Assembly (NCBI GenBank): GCA_045602305.1
Contig: JAZSBJ010000040.1
Span: 1 to 41,524, forward strand
Source: Eubacteriales bacterium
GTDB taxonomy: Bacteria; Bacillota; Clostridia; Oscillospirales; CAG-272
Direction of reading: 5' to 3'
DNA length: 41,524 nucleotides
The notes under the pieces: model-generated
Seen by the model: only the letters and a program-made list of their open reading frames with translations
Told to the model about the DNA's origin: nothing
The model's database searches: none
Made by a program: the position numbers and the translations under genes
In this document: in pieces, positions 7,140 through 14,888 of the stretch
Layout of the letters: each line of letters begins with the position of its first letter
Numbering within the stretch: the first letter of the stretch is position 1

Positions 7140-8841
7140 CCCCCATCTGCGAATCGCTGATCTCACGGTAGACGGGACAGCTTTCCAGCAGCTGTGCGTG
7201 GGTACCGTATCCCACACAGCGTCCCTCGTCTAGGACCAAGATGCGGTCGCACCCCATCACCGAGCTTGCGCGTTGCGCGACTGTGATGGTCGTAACCGTA
7301 TCGCCAAGCTCGCGCAAGGCGGCGCGCAGGGCGGCATCCGTCTTGTAGTCGAGCGCGGACGAGGCGTCGTCAAGAATAAGAAGATCGGGTGTCCCCGCAA
7401 CGGCGCGCGCAATGAGAAGGCGCTGCCTTTGCCCGCCCGAAAGGTTGGTGCCGCCCGTGGCAAGCACCGTATCAAGACCGTTGGGCAGGGCGAGAACGAA
7501 CTCCTCTGCTTGCGCGATGCGAAGGGCTTTTAGCACCTCGTCACGCGAGATGTCGCGTCCGAAGCGGACGTTTTCTTCCACCGAAACGGCGTAGAGAAAA
7601 TCCTTTTGATGGGCAACGCCCACGTATTCGGCAATCTCCTCGCGCGTGTAGGCGCGAATGCTTTTTCCACGGAAGAGGATCTCTCCCGCGTTTGCATCGT
7701 AAAAGCGCAAAAGGAGCTTGATGAGGGTGCTTTTGCCGCTTCCCGTACCGCCGATGATGCCAAAGGACGAGCCGTAGGGAATGGAGATGGATATGTCCTC
7801 AAGGTCTTTCTTTCTGCCTGCGTAGCTGAAGGTGACGCCGCGGAAGGTGATAAAGTCCTCGGTGTTCCCGTCTTCCTCACACTTCTCGGGCAGAATGACG
7901 GCGGGCGCCTCTAAAACCTCGCACAGACGCCGCGCGGACGCGGTGCATTTGCTGAACATTACGAACATACGGGATACCGCCATAAGCGCCATCGAGATGA
8001 GGGTGAAATACTGCATAAACGCGACCACCGTTTCGGCGTCCGACGTTCCCTCGGAAACGCGTAGGGCGGCGAGGGCAGTGACGGCGGCAATGCCGCAGTT
8101 CATAAAGAGGTTCATCACGGGATGGGTGCTTCCCATAATAAAGCTTGCTGTTTGCTCGTGATTTGACAACTGAAAGTTAGCGTTTTCAAATCTTTCTTGC
8201 TCGTGCGACTCCTTGGAGAGAGCCTTGATCACGCGAATGCCCACGTAGTCCTCACGCAAAACGCGCACGAGTCCGTCCACCGACGACTGCACGCGGCTGT
8301 AAAGGCGGATACCGAGGCGGGAGAGGGTGTACACGGTAACAAAGATAAGGGGCATTACGGCAAGCATCACGAGGGCGAGGGTAGAATCCATCAAAAGGGT
8401 GATCACAACGCCGCCAAGCAGAAGAATGGGGGCGCGGATGCCCATACGCTGGATCATCATAACGAAGTTGTGCACGTGGTAGGTGTCGGTGGTGATACGG
8501 GATTCAAGCGAGGGAATGGTAAAGGCGTCGGTCTGCGCGGTATCCAGCGTGAGCGTTCGGTAAAAAAGGTCGCGGCGAAGCGTTTCGGAAAACCTTTTGC
8601 CGACGGTTGCCGCCATACGGTTGGCGATGATGTTAAAGGCACAGGCGAGAATGGCGAAAAGGAGCATCAGTGCGCCCCAAAGAAGCACCTCGCGAACGTT
8701 CTCGCTTTTGATGACCGTTTTTAGGATATGCGTCAAGACCACGGGCAAGAGAAGCTCGGCTAGTGTACCGAGTACCTTGATAAGGAAGCCCGCCGCCATA
8801 CGGTAGCGAAACGGGAAGAGATAGGAAAAAACGCGCTTCAT
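7123..8841 (-). CDS. ABC exporter subunit (TMD-NBD half transporter) with degenerate Walker B and H-loop
   Basis: Walker A is GGTGSGKST, the signature is LSGGQRQR, Walker B is LLILDDASSALD (catalytic Glu replaced by Asp), and the H-loop is TVAQRASS (His replaced by Gln). The N-terminal half has six hydrophobic helices. Confidence 0.9.
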   Translation of the reverse strand: MKRVFSYLFPFRYRMAAGFLIKVLGTLAELLLPVVLTHILKTVIKSENVREVLLWGALMLLFAILACAFNIIANRMAATVGKRFSETLRRDLFYRTLTLDTAQTDAFTIPSLESRITTDTYHVHNFVMMIQRMGIRAPILLLGGVVITLLMDSTLALVMLAVMPLIFVTVYTLSRLGIRLYSRVQSSVDGLVRVLREDYVGIRVIKALSKESHEQERFENANFQLSNHEQTASFIMGSTHPVMNLFMNCGIAAVTALAALRVSEGTSDAETVVAFMQYFTLISMALMAVSRMFVMFSKCTASARRLCEVLEAPAVILPEKCEEDGNTEDFITFRGVTFSYAGRKKDLEDISISIPYGSSFGIIGGTGSGKSTLIKLLLRFYDANAGEILFRGKSIRAYTREEIAEYVGVAHQKDFLYAVSVEENVRFGRDISRDEVLKALRIAQAEEFVLALPNGLDTVLATGGTNLSGGQRQRLLIARAVAGTPDLLILDDASSALDYKTDAALRAALRELGDTVTTITVAQRASSVMGCDRILVLDEGRCVGYGTHAQLLESCPVYREISDSQMGGALFE

Positions 8842-8869
8842 ACCGTGATCCTTTCATAGATTTTTGGGA

Positions 8870-9661
8870 TTATTTTTCGGGGGAAACAAGCTCATCCCGC
8901 ACAGCGGCGAATACTTTGTCCGCAACGGTGGGGAGCTTTGCGGATGCCTCATACAAGCGCCTTATTTCCGCGTTCGAGAGGTGGGGGCGGTTTTCCATCA
9001 TTCTTTTTATGGTCAAAAGAGGACGGGTTGCCGCGTCCAAGGCGTTCTCCACTGCCTCACACCCAATGTAAGCATAGCCGTAGGGGTGGTAGTCGTGGGC
9101 GGTGTAAATGGCTTCAACGTCCATCCCTCGGAGTTTTTCCACTGCCGAGAAATGGGCGCGCGGCAGGGTGATGTTTGCTCCCCATTCTCCGGAGCCGAAA
9201 ATACCGTAGAGCTGGAGAGCATCTCCCGAAAGCAGAGTCTTGGTTCTTTTGTCGTAGAGCGCCATACAGTCGGGCGTGTGCCCCGGGACGGTGACGGCGA
9301 GCAGATGGGGAGAAAGCACTTCCATATCCTCGGGAAAGAGGAAGCGGGCGTGCGGATGCTCCTCTTTCAGCTCCTCGTCGCGCGCGACTACCGTAGCATT
9401 CGGGTAAAGCGCGAGCAGCCGTGCAAGCCCGTGCGCGTGGTCCTTGTGGTTGTGGGAGATGAATATCAATTTAAGGTTTTCGGGGGTCACGTCGATGCTG
9501 TGCAAAAAGGGAAGAATGTACATATCGACGTCGATGGCGCCGCTTGCCGTGTCAAAAAGCAGGTATCCCTCATCCAGCGCAACGGCGTACACCGTCGTGT
9601 AGATGTCGGCGTAGGGAATGACGCATCTTGTGATGCTTTCGGTGATCTTTTCAATTTTCAT
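8870..9661 (-). CDS. MBL-fold metallo-hydrolase
   Basis: It carries the HxHxDH motif (ISHNHKDHAHG) and downstream His/Asp ligands (VPGHTPD, SGD, AHD). The start is the ATG at 9661 (MKIEKITES) after GGGAG. The longer ORF in the track, reaching 10099, would run into glnA. Confidence 0.85.
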   Translation of the reverse strand: MKIEKITESITRCVIPYADIYTTVYAVALDEGYLLFDTASGAIDVDMYILPFLHSIDVTPENLKLIFISHNHKDHAHGLARLLALYPNATVVARDEELKEEHPHARFLFPEDMEVLSPHLLAVTVPGHTPDCMALYDKRTKTLLSGDALQLYGIFGSGEWGANITLPRAHFSAVEKLRGMDVEAIYTAHDYHPYGYAYIGCEAVENALDAATRPLLTIKRMMENRPHLSNAEIRRLYEASAKLPTVADKVFAAVRDELVSPEK

Positions 9662-9685
9662 AGCAATGCTCCCGCCGCAAAGACG

Positions 9686-9712
9686 GCGAAAAGGGGGACG
9701 GTGTCCCCCTTC
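9686..9712 (-). terminator. Intrinsic terminator after glnA
   Basis: On the minus strand the hairpin is GGGGGACACCGTCCCCC, followed by TTTTC. Confidence 0.65.
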
Positions 9713-9719
9713 TTTTTGG

Positions 9720-11144
9720 TTAAAGGTTGTAATACTTCTCGAATTCCACAGGGTGGGGAATGTTTGCGATCTCACGACACTCGGCACGCTTTGCCTTGAT
9801 GAAATTCTCAAGGAGAATTTCGGGGAATACGCCGCCTGCGGTGAGGTAGTCGTGGTCGGCTTCGAGGGCGTCGAGCGCTTCCTCAAGCGAGGTGGGAAGC
9901 CCTTTGAGCTTTTTCTTTTCTTCTTCGGGGAGATTGTAGAGGTTAAAGTCGTAGGGACCCCAGCCGTTTGCCTTGGGATCGATCTTATTCTTGACACCGT
10001 CAAGACCTGCCATAAGAATGGCGGCATAGCAGAAGTAGGGGTTGCAGGTCGCGTCGGGATTGCGGAGCTCAAAGCGGCGCTCACAAGGCTCCTTGGCATA
10101 TGCGGGAATGCGGATCACGGCAGAACGGTTCGAGGTTGCGTAACCAACGGTAACGGGTGCCTCAAAGCCGGGAATCAGACGCTTGAAGGAGTTGGTCGAG
10201 GGGTTGGTGATGGCGCAGAGCGAGCCGATGTGCTTGAGAAGACCGCCGATAAAGTAGTGTGCGGTTTCGCTTAAGTGCGAGTAGCCGCCCTCATCCGAGA
10301 AGACGGGCTCGCCGTCCTTTAAGAGGAGCATATGTACGTGCCTACCGCTTCCCGCCTCGCCGTAGATGGGCTTGGGCATCAGGGTCGCGCTCTTGCCGTA
10401 TTTCGCGGCGGTGTTCTTGATGATATACTTGATCATCATCGTGGCGTCCGCCATCTTGGACATTTCACCGAGCTTGGGCTCGATCTCAAACTGTCCCGAT
10501 GCGGCGACCTCGGGGTGATGGTACTTGACGGGAATGCCCGCCTCCTCCATCAAAAGACACATTTCACTGCGGCACTCGTAGGAGGTATCGTAGGGCTTGG
10601 CAATGTGGTACGCCTTTTGCTTGGGTACGATCACACCCTTGCCCTCGGAGTCGCTGTTCCAATAGGATTGCTTTGCGTCGACGGAGAAGGCAACCGTGTC
10701 CGACGCCACCTTCCACGCGACGTCGTCAAAGAGATAAAATTCAAACTCGGGGAGAATGAGCATCGTATCGGCAATGCCCGATTCGCGCATATACGCCTCT
10801 GCCGCCTTGACGATGTTGCGGGGGTATTGCGCCAAGGGACGGTTGGCGGGGGTGTCGATGATCATAGCGTTGCCACTCATCGTGAGCGTGGGGATCTCGC
10901 AGAAGGGGTCGATCATTGCGGTGGCGGGGTCGGGAATAAAGACCATATCGCTCTTTTCTACGACGGCATAGCCGTAGTTGGAAGCGTCAAAGCCGATGCC
11001 GCTTTTCATCGTTTCCTCGGAAAAGCTGTAGGCGGGGATGGTCACGTGACGGAACTGACCGTGGATGTCCACCATCTTGAAATCCACCATCTTAATGTCC
11101 TTTTCCTTGATGAGGTCGATAATTGCTTGGATCTTCTCGTTCAT
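9720..11144 (-). CDS. glnA: Glutamine synthetase, type I
   Basis: 474 aa. The N-terminal beta-grasp region reads VDFKMVDIHGQFRHVTIP. The catalytic region reads KYHHPEVAASGQFEI, PKPIYGEAGSGRHVHM, NSFKRLIPGFEAP and ATSNRSAVIRIP. Confidence 0.9.
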   Translation of the reverse strand: MNEKIQAIIDLIKEKDIKMVDFKMVDIHGQFRHVTIPAYSFSEETMKSGIGFDASNYGYAVVEKSDMVFIPDPATAMIDPFCEIPTLTMSGNAMIIDTPANRPLAQYPRNIVKAAEAYMRESGIADTMLILPEFEFYLFDDVAWKVASDTVAFSVDAKQSYWNSDSEGKGVIVPKQKAYHIAKPYDTSYECRSEMCLLMEEAGIPVKYHHPEVAASGQFEIEPKLGEMSKMADATMMIKYIIKNTAAKYGKSATLMPKPIYGEAGSGRHVHMLLLKDGEPVFSDEGGYSHLSETAHYFIGGLLKHIGSLCAITNPSTNSFKRLIPGFEAPVTVGYATSNRSAVIRIPAYAKEPCERRFELRNPDATCNPYFCYAAILMAGLDGVKNKIDPKANGWGPYDFNLYNLPEEEKKKLKGLPTSLEEALDALEADHDYLTAGGVFPEILLENFIKAKRAECREIANIPHPVEFEKYYNL

Positions 11145-11180
11145 AGGGTTCTCCTTCGCATATTTTAATGTAACAAGATT

Positions 11181-11209
11181 ATTGTATCACAAAACGGGGA
11201 GCCTGTCAA
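11181..11209 (-). promoter_or_regulatory. Sigma-A type promoter (TTGACA-N17-TACAAT) for glnA
   Basis: On the minus strand, TTGACA is at 11209-11204, the spacer is 17 nt, and TACAAT is at 11186-11181. The leader to the RBS GAAGGAG is short. Confidence 0.65.
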
Positions 11210-11225
11210 TAAATGTCATACGGAT

Positions 11226-12104
11226 TTATTCGCTTTTTTCGCGTCTTTTTGCTTCCTCGTCCGTTTGCATATTTTTTCGGTAGCGAAGCAGAGGACGGGT
11301 GCGCTCGTGCATACGCAAGCGATAGGCGCCGCGATAACAAAGCTGCTTTGCTACGAGAAACAAGGCAAGCAAACTGTGGCTTTGGATGGTGTAATACAGC
11401 GTACGGCTCTCTCCGTTGATGCATAGGGTGCGCGCTTCCACTGCCTTTAAGCGCAAAAGACCGTCTAAAACCGCATTAAGGCGGTCGTCCTCAATGGAGC
11501 AAGCACGCCTTAGGACCTCTCCCTCGAAGAGATATCCGGGATTTTGCTCTAACAGGTAAAAGAGCGCACGGAGCGTGTCTTCTTCCGAGAGCAAAGAAAA
11601 AATCTCCTTGAGTGCGTCCGCATCCTCTAAGAAATGCCCGAAGCCGTCCTCGGGCTCGGGAAAGAGAGAGAAAAAGGGCTCCTTTCCGTCCGAGATGAGG
11701 GTAAAGCCGTGATCCCCGAGAAAATACGAGGCACGCTCGCGCTTTTCCTTCTCCTTTGGGAGATAGGGTTGGTCGTCCGTGCCGTCAAGAACAAGCCCGC
11801 GTTGGATCTGCCAGCAAAGCGCTAGTGCTAGGGCAATGCGCTCTTCGGCGGGTGCGCTTGCAAGCAGGCGTCCGATCCTTTGCGAAACGTCCGCCGTCGA
11901 AACGCCCGCGCTATCAAAGAGGGTATCCAGCGAAACGCCGAGCGCTTCGGCAAGCGGCAAGAGCAAGGCGGCGTCGGGGTAGGTATCGCTGGTTTCCCAT
12001 TTGGAAACGGCTTGTGCGGAAACGCCGAGCAGGGATGCAAGTGCCTCTTGCGTAAAGCCTTTTTCCAAGCGATGCTTTTTGATAATTTTGGATAGAGGCG
12101 TCAT
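11226..12104 (-). CDS. XRE-family HTH regulator with ~220-aa uncharacterised C-terminal region (paralog B)
   Basis: The N-terminal HTH_3 domain reads IKKHRLEKGFTQEALASLLGVSAQAVSKWETSDTYPDAALLLPLAEALGVSLDTLF. The start lies 1 nt after the stop of the upstream paralog. Confidence 0.8.
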   Translation of the reverse strand: MTPLSKIIKKHRLEKGFTQEALASLLGVSAQAVSKWETSDTYPDAALLLPLAEALGVSLDTLFDSAGVSTADVSQRIGRLLASAPAEERIALALALCWQIQRGLVLDGTDDQPYLPKEKEKRERASYFLGDHGFTLISDGKEPFFSLFPEPEDGFGHFLEDADALKEIFSLLSEEDTLRALFYLLEQNPGYLFEGEVLRRACSIEDDRLNAVLDGLLRLKAVEARTLCINGESRTLYYTIQSHSLLALFLVAKQLCYRGAYRLRMHERTRPLLRYRKNMQTDEEAKRREKSE

Positions 12105-12105
12105 A

Positions 12106-12954
12106 TCATTCGGCTCCTATCATTTTACAGCTAGCGTTATAGCTATGCTCGTAGGCGCCCTTTTCGCACATTTTCTCGTAGGCAAGCGTGAGAATGGAAA
12201 GGATCACACCGTCACCGCGGCACTCGTAGACCTTGATCTCCCCCTCTTTTAAATGGGCGGGAGCAGCGTGGCAGATGCCAATTTCGCAAAGCGCGTCGAG
12301 CAGACGCTCGGTTTTGGAAAGCGACAAGTTCATTTTCTCCGAAGCGTAGCTTGCCGTAAAGCTCTCGGAGATGGCGGACGTGTGGATATGGTAGAGCAAG
12401 GAGAGGGCATCCGTATCCGACAAAAAGGAAAAGAGGAATGCCATTTGGTTCTGCTTTTGTGCGTCCTTTAACCAAGAAAAGTTCGCTTCGTTAGAGAGAA
12501 GCGTCACCGAAACGTTGGCTTCTGCGTGGGAAGTGCTAAAGGCAAAAAGGTCGGGTCGGGCGATGCGCGTTTTAAAAAACTGCGTGTACGTCTTGGGGTA
12601 GACGGCGGTTGTTTCTCCCCCTTGCGGGATGGCACCGTGTGTGGCGGGGGCGGCGTATCTTGCAATGTCAAACGCCTTTAAGATGGCTTCCTCACGGCTA
12701 AGTCCGCGAAGCGCCTGACTGAGTGCTTCCTTCGTGCTTTGTTGCTCTTCTTCCGTAAGACCGAGCAGGGTGTCTGCGGTGACACCGAAATACTCCGAAA
12801 GAGCAACGAGCATAGAAAGGTCGGGCTCGGACGCGCCCTTTTCCCATTTGGATACCGTTTTATTGGAAACGGATAGATATAGCGCCACGTCCTTTTGTGT
12901 TACGCCCTTTTTTTCTCTGAGTCGTTTTAAGGTATCTGCGAGATTATATGTCAT
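12106..12954 (-). CDS. XRE-family HTH regulator with ~215-aa uncharacterised C-terminal region (paralog A)
   Basis: The start is the ATG at 12954 (MTYNLADTLKRLREKKGVTQKDVALYLSVSNKTVSKWEKGASEPDLSMLVALSEYFGVTADTLLG) after AAGGAG. The upstream part of the track ORF, to 13179, overlaps GH43 and the promoter. Confidence 0.8.
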   Translation of the reverse strand: MTYNLADTLKRLREKKGVTQKDVALYLSVSNKTVSKWEKGASEPDLSMLVALSEYFGVTADTLLGLTEEEQQSTKEALSQALRGLSREEAILKAFDIARYAAPATHGAIPQGGETTAVYPKTYTQFFKTRIARPDLFAFSTSHAEANVSVTLLSNEANFSWLKDAQKQNQMAFLFSFLSDTDALSLLYHIHTSAISESFTASYASEKMNLSLSKTERLLDALCEIGICHAAPAHLKEGEIKVYECRGDGVILSILTLAYEKMCEKGAYEHSYNASCKMIGAE

Positions 12955-12993
12955 CACGGGGGCTCCTTTCGGGAGAATACATTGCTTATATGT

Positions 12994-13022
12994 ATTATAC
13001 ACGAAACCTGCGCTAGAGTCAA
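12994..13022 (-). promoter_or_regulatory. Sigma-A type promoter (TTGACT-N17-TATAAT) for the XRE pair
   Basis: On the minus strand, TTGACT is at 13022-13017, the spacer is 17 nt, and TATAAT is at 12999-12994. Confidence 0.6.
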
Positions 13023-13057
13023 GAGCCCGATTCTTTATAAAATCTCTCTTTTCGAGA

Positions 13058-13093
13058 ACAAAAACTCCCGTTGCGTTTTGCAACGGGAGTTTT
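13058..13093. terminator. Intrinsic terminator after the GH43 gene
   Basis: The stem is CTCCCGTTGC (13065-13074) paired with GCAACGGGAG (13080-13089). It is flanked by an A-run and a T-run. Confidence 0.75.
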
Positions 13094-13105
13094 GAAAGAA
13101 GTCGC

Positions 13106-14029
13106 TTAAATATGGTCCTTATATCTTTCGGCGGTGATGTGTCCGTCCTTGACCGAAAGACGGCAGATGCGCGCGTCACGCGCCTCGATCAGTCCGTTTT
13201 CGCGGTAGGCGTAGTCGCGTGCGTGGTAAATGGCGTAATACACGCCCTCGTGCTTGATCACGCTGTGATGCCCCGTGCCTTCCTCGTATTCGTTCTTGAT
13301 CAGGACGGGGGCGAAGCGGTCGCCGTTTGTGTGCTTGACAAAGTCGACCTTGGTGAGATCTTCCTCGTCGCTCTTGGCGACGGCGTAGCCCACGTGGTAG
13401 GTTTCGTCTTGGAAGCAGCCGCCGCTATACATTAAGTACTGATATTCTCCCTCACGGAAATAAAAGGGGCCTTCGATGGTGTGCCATTTGTTGTCCTCGC
13501 GGTACGAGGGCGTAAAGATCTCCTCGTCAAAGGTGGGCGTGATCAGCTCGCGCGGCGTGTTTGCGGGGGTGTAGGGATCGAGGAAGCGGTCCACGAACAC
13601 GCGTGTGCCGATCCTTTCGCCCACCGTGCTGTTTTCGGCGTAAAAGAGGAAGAGCCCCGCCTCGGTCTTTACCATATGGGGGTCGATGGAGAAGCGGTCG
13701 TAGAGCATTTTCTCGTCGGTAAAGGGACCGAGAGGGGAAGTTGCCCGTGCCACGTGCATATGCTCAAACTTATCGCCCTTGACGCAGGAAACGTACATAT
13801 AATAGATGCCGTCGAGCTTAATGACGGCGGGCGCCCAATAGTCGGTCGCGCCCTGAAAGGCAGTGACGGCGCCCTCATAGCGATAGGGACCCGTGAGCGC
13901 GTCCGCGCTGTACGCCTCTACGCCGTTGGGCTCGTCGTTGTTGGTCACGTAAATGTAGAATTTATCCCCGTCCTTAAAGATAAAAGGGTCGGGCTGGTAT
14001 TTTTCCGTTCTATCAAAGGTGAGCTTCAT
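13106..14029 (-). CDS. Glycoside hydrolase family 43 (beta-xylosidase/alpha-L-arabinofuranosidase-like five-bladed propeller)
   Basis: The start is the ATG at 14029 after AAGGAG. The sequence begins MKLTFDRTEKYQPDPFIFKDGDKFYIYVT...DYWAPAVIKLDGIYYMYVS. The GH43 catalytic Asp and Glu contexts are present (PDPFI, TIEGPF). Confidence 0.8.
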   Translation of the reverse strand: MKLTFDRTEKYQPDPFIFKDGDKFYIYVTNNDEPNGVEAYSADALTGPYRYEGAVTAFQGATDYWAPAVIKLDGIYYMYVSCVKGDKFEHMHVARATSPLGPFTDEKMLYDRFSIDPHMVKTEAGLFLFYAENSTVGERIGTRVFVDRFLDPYTPANTPRELITPTFDEEIFTPSYREDNKWHTIEGPFYFREGEYQYLMYSGGCFQDETYHVGYAVAKSDEEDLTKVDFVKHTNGDRFAPVLIKNEYEEGTGHHSVIKHEGVYYAIYHARDYAYRENGLIEARDARICRLSVKDGHITAERYKDHI

Positions 14030-14055
14030 AAAAATCTCCTTGGTTCTTTTGAAAA

Positions 14056-14084
14056 AGTATACCACAAAACGCTTGCTTTGTCAA
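14056..14084 (-). promoter_or_regulatory. Sigma-A type promoter (TTGACA-N17-TATACT with a TG extension) for GH43
   Basis: On the minus strand, TTGACA is at 14084-14079, the spacer is 17 nt and ends in TGG, and TATACT is at 14061-14056. Confidence 0.6.
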
Positions 14085-14093
14085 CGAAAAGGC

Positions 14094-14122
14094 AAGAAAA
14101 AAAGAGCCCCGATCGGGGCTCT
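14094..14122 (-). terminator. Intrinsic terminator after rubrerythrin
   Basis: The palindrome AGAGCCCCGATCGGGGCTCT (14103-14122) is followed on the minus strand by a T-run. Confidence 0.85.
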
Positions 14123-14130
14123 TTTGAAAA

Positions 14131-14808
14131 TCAATAATTCTCTGCGTGGATCTCGAAATAGCTCTGAGGATGTGCGCAGGTGGGGCAGAGCTCGGGTGCG
14201 GCGGTGCCGACCACAAGGTGTCCGCAGTTGCGGCACTCCCAAACCTTGACCTCGCTCTTGGCAAAGACCTCGGCAAGCTCAATGTTCTTAAGCAGGGCGC
14301 GGTATCTTTCCTCGTGGTGCTTTTCGATGGCGGCAACCAGGCGGAACTTTGCGGCGAGGTCGTGGAATCCCTCTTCCTCAGCCGTCTTGGCAAAGCCGTC
14401 GTACATATCCGTCCACTCGAAGTTTTCGCCCTCTGCGGCGTGGAGCAGGTTCTCGGCGGTGTCACCGATGCCCGCAAGCTCCTTGAACCACAGCTTAGCG
14501 TGCTCCTTCTCGTTGTCGGCGGTCTTGAGGAAGAGAGCAGCGATCTGCTCAAAGCCCTGCTTCTTGGCAACCGACGCAAAGTAGGTGTACTTGTTTCTTG
14601 CCTGCGATTCGCCTGCAAAGGCGGCTTCCAGGTTCTTCTCGGTCTTGGTGCCCGTGTACTTGGTCTTGGGCGCGGGCTTCGCTTCCTCAGCGGGGGGCGT
14701 GATGTCCTCGAGCTTGTCGCCCTTAACGCCGCAGATGGGGCATACGGGCTCAACGCCGTCCTCTACCTCGAATACAGCACGGCAAACCTTGCATTTGAAT
14801 TTTTTCAT
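14131..14808 (-). CDS. rbr: Rubrerythrin with an additional N-terminal rubredoxin-like domain
   Basis: The N-terminus has CKVC...CPIC. A Pro/Ala/Lys linker follows. The diiron four-helix bundle motifs are [24 protein letters not shown] and IEKHHEERY. The C-terminus has CRNC...CPTC. Confidence 0.9.
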   Translation of the reverse strand: MKKFKCKVCRAVFEVEDGVEPVCPICGVKGDKLEDITPPAEEAKPAPKTKYTGTKTEKNLEAAFAGESQARNKYTYFASVAKKQGFEQIAALFLKTADNEKEHAKLWFKELAGIGDTAENLLHAAEGENFEWTDMYDGFAKTAEEEGFHDLAAKFRLVAAIEKHHEERYRALLKNIELAEVFAKSEVKVWECRNCGHLVVGTAAPELCPTCAHPQSYFEIHAENY

Positions 14809-14888
14809 TGTGAAATCTCCTTTTCTTTTTATCTACATTTTTATTATATGGAAATTTTAAGAAAAAAACCGTGACAAAATCACATAAA

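Noticed and set aside
9662-10099. The N-terminal 146 aa of the 409-aa track ORF (8870-10099), Pro/Ser/Thr-rich.
   Set aside because: This part lies entirely inside glnA in another frame. The MBL domain starts at the ATG at 9661, which has its own SD and follows the glnA terminator.
11145-11225. Searched for a GlnR/TnrA operator (TGTNA-N7-TNACA) or a glnA-type leader RNA upstream of glnA.
   Set aside because: Only partial half-sites with the wrong spacing are present (TGTAACA ... TGTATCACA). The leader is about 30 nt, too short for a riboswitch. I make no claim here.
12955-13179. The upstream extension of the XRE-A ORF (track start at 13179).
   Set aside because: The extension overlaps the GH43 3' end, its terminator and the XRE promoter. 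The HTH domain begins right at the ATG at 12954, which has an AAGGAG SD.
14013-14753. A 246-aa Arg/Ser/Pro/Thr-rich ORF on the minus strand.
   Set aside because: It is an alternative frame of the rubrerythrin gene and crosses its terminator. It is low-complexity with no start context.
14866-14888. The CRP/FNR/Rex-like palindrome TGTGATTTTGTCAC upstream of the rubrerythrin gene, plus a TATAAT at 14843-14848.
   Set aside because: The half-site spacing is 5 rather than 6 nt, the second half is imperfect, and no acceptable -35 lies 16-18 nt from the TATAAT. This is too weak to annotate as an operator or promoter.
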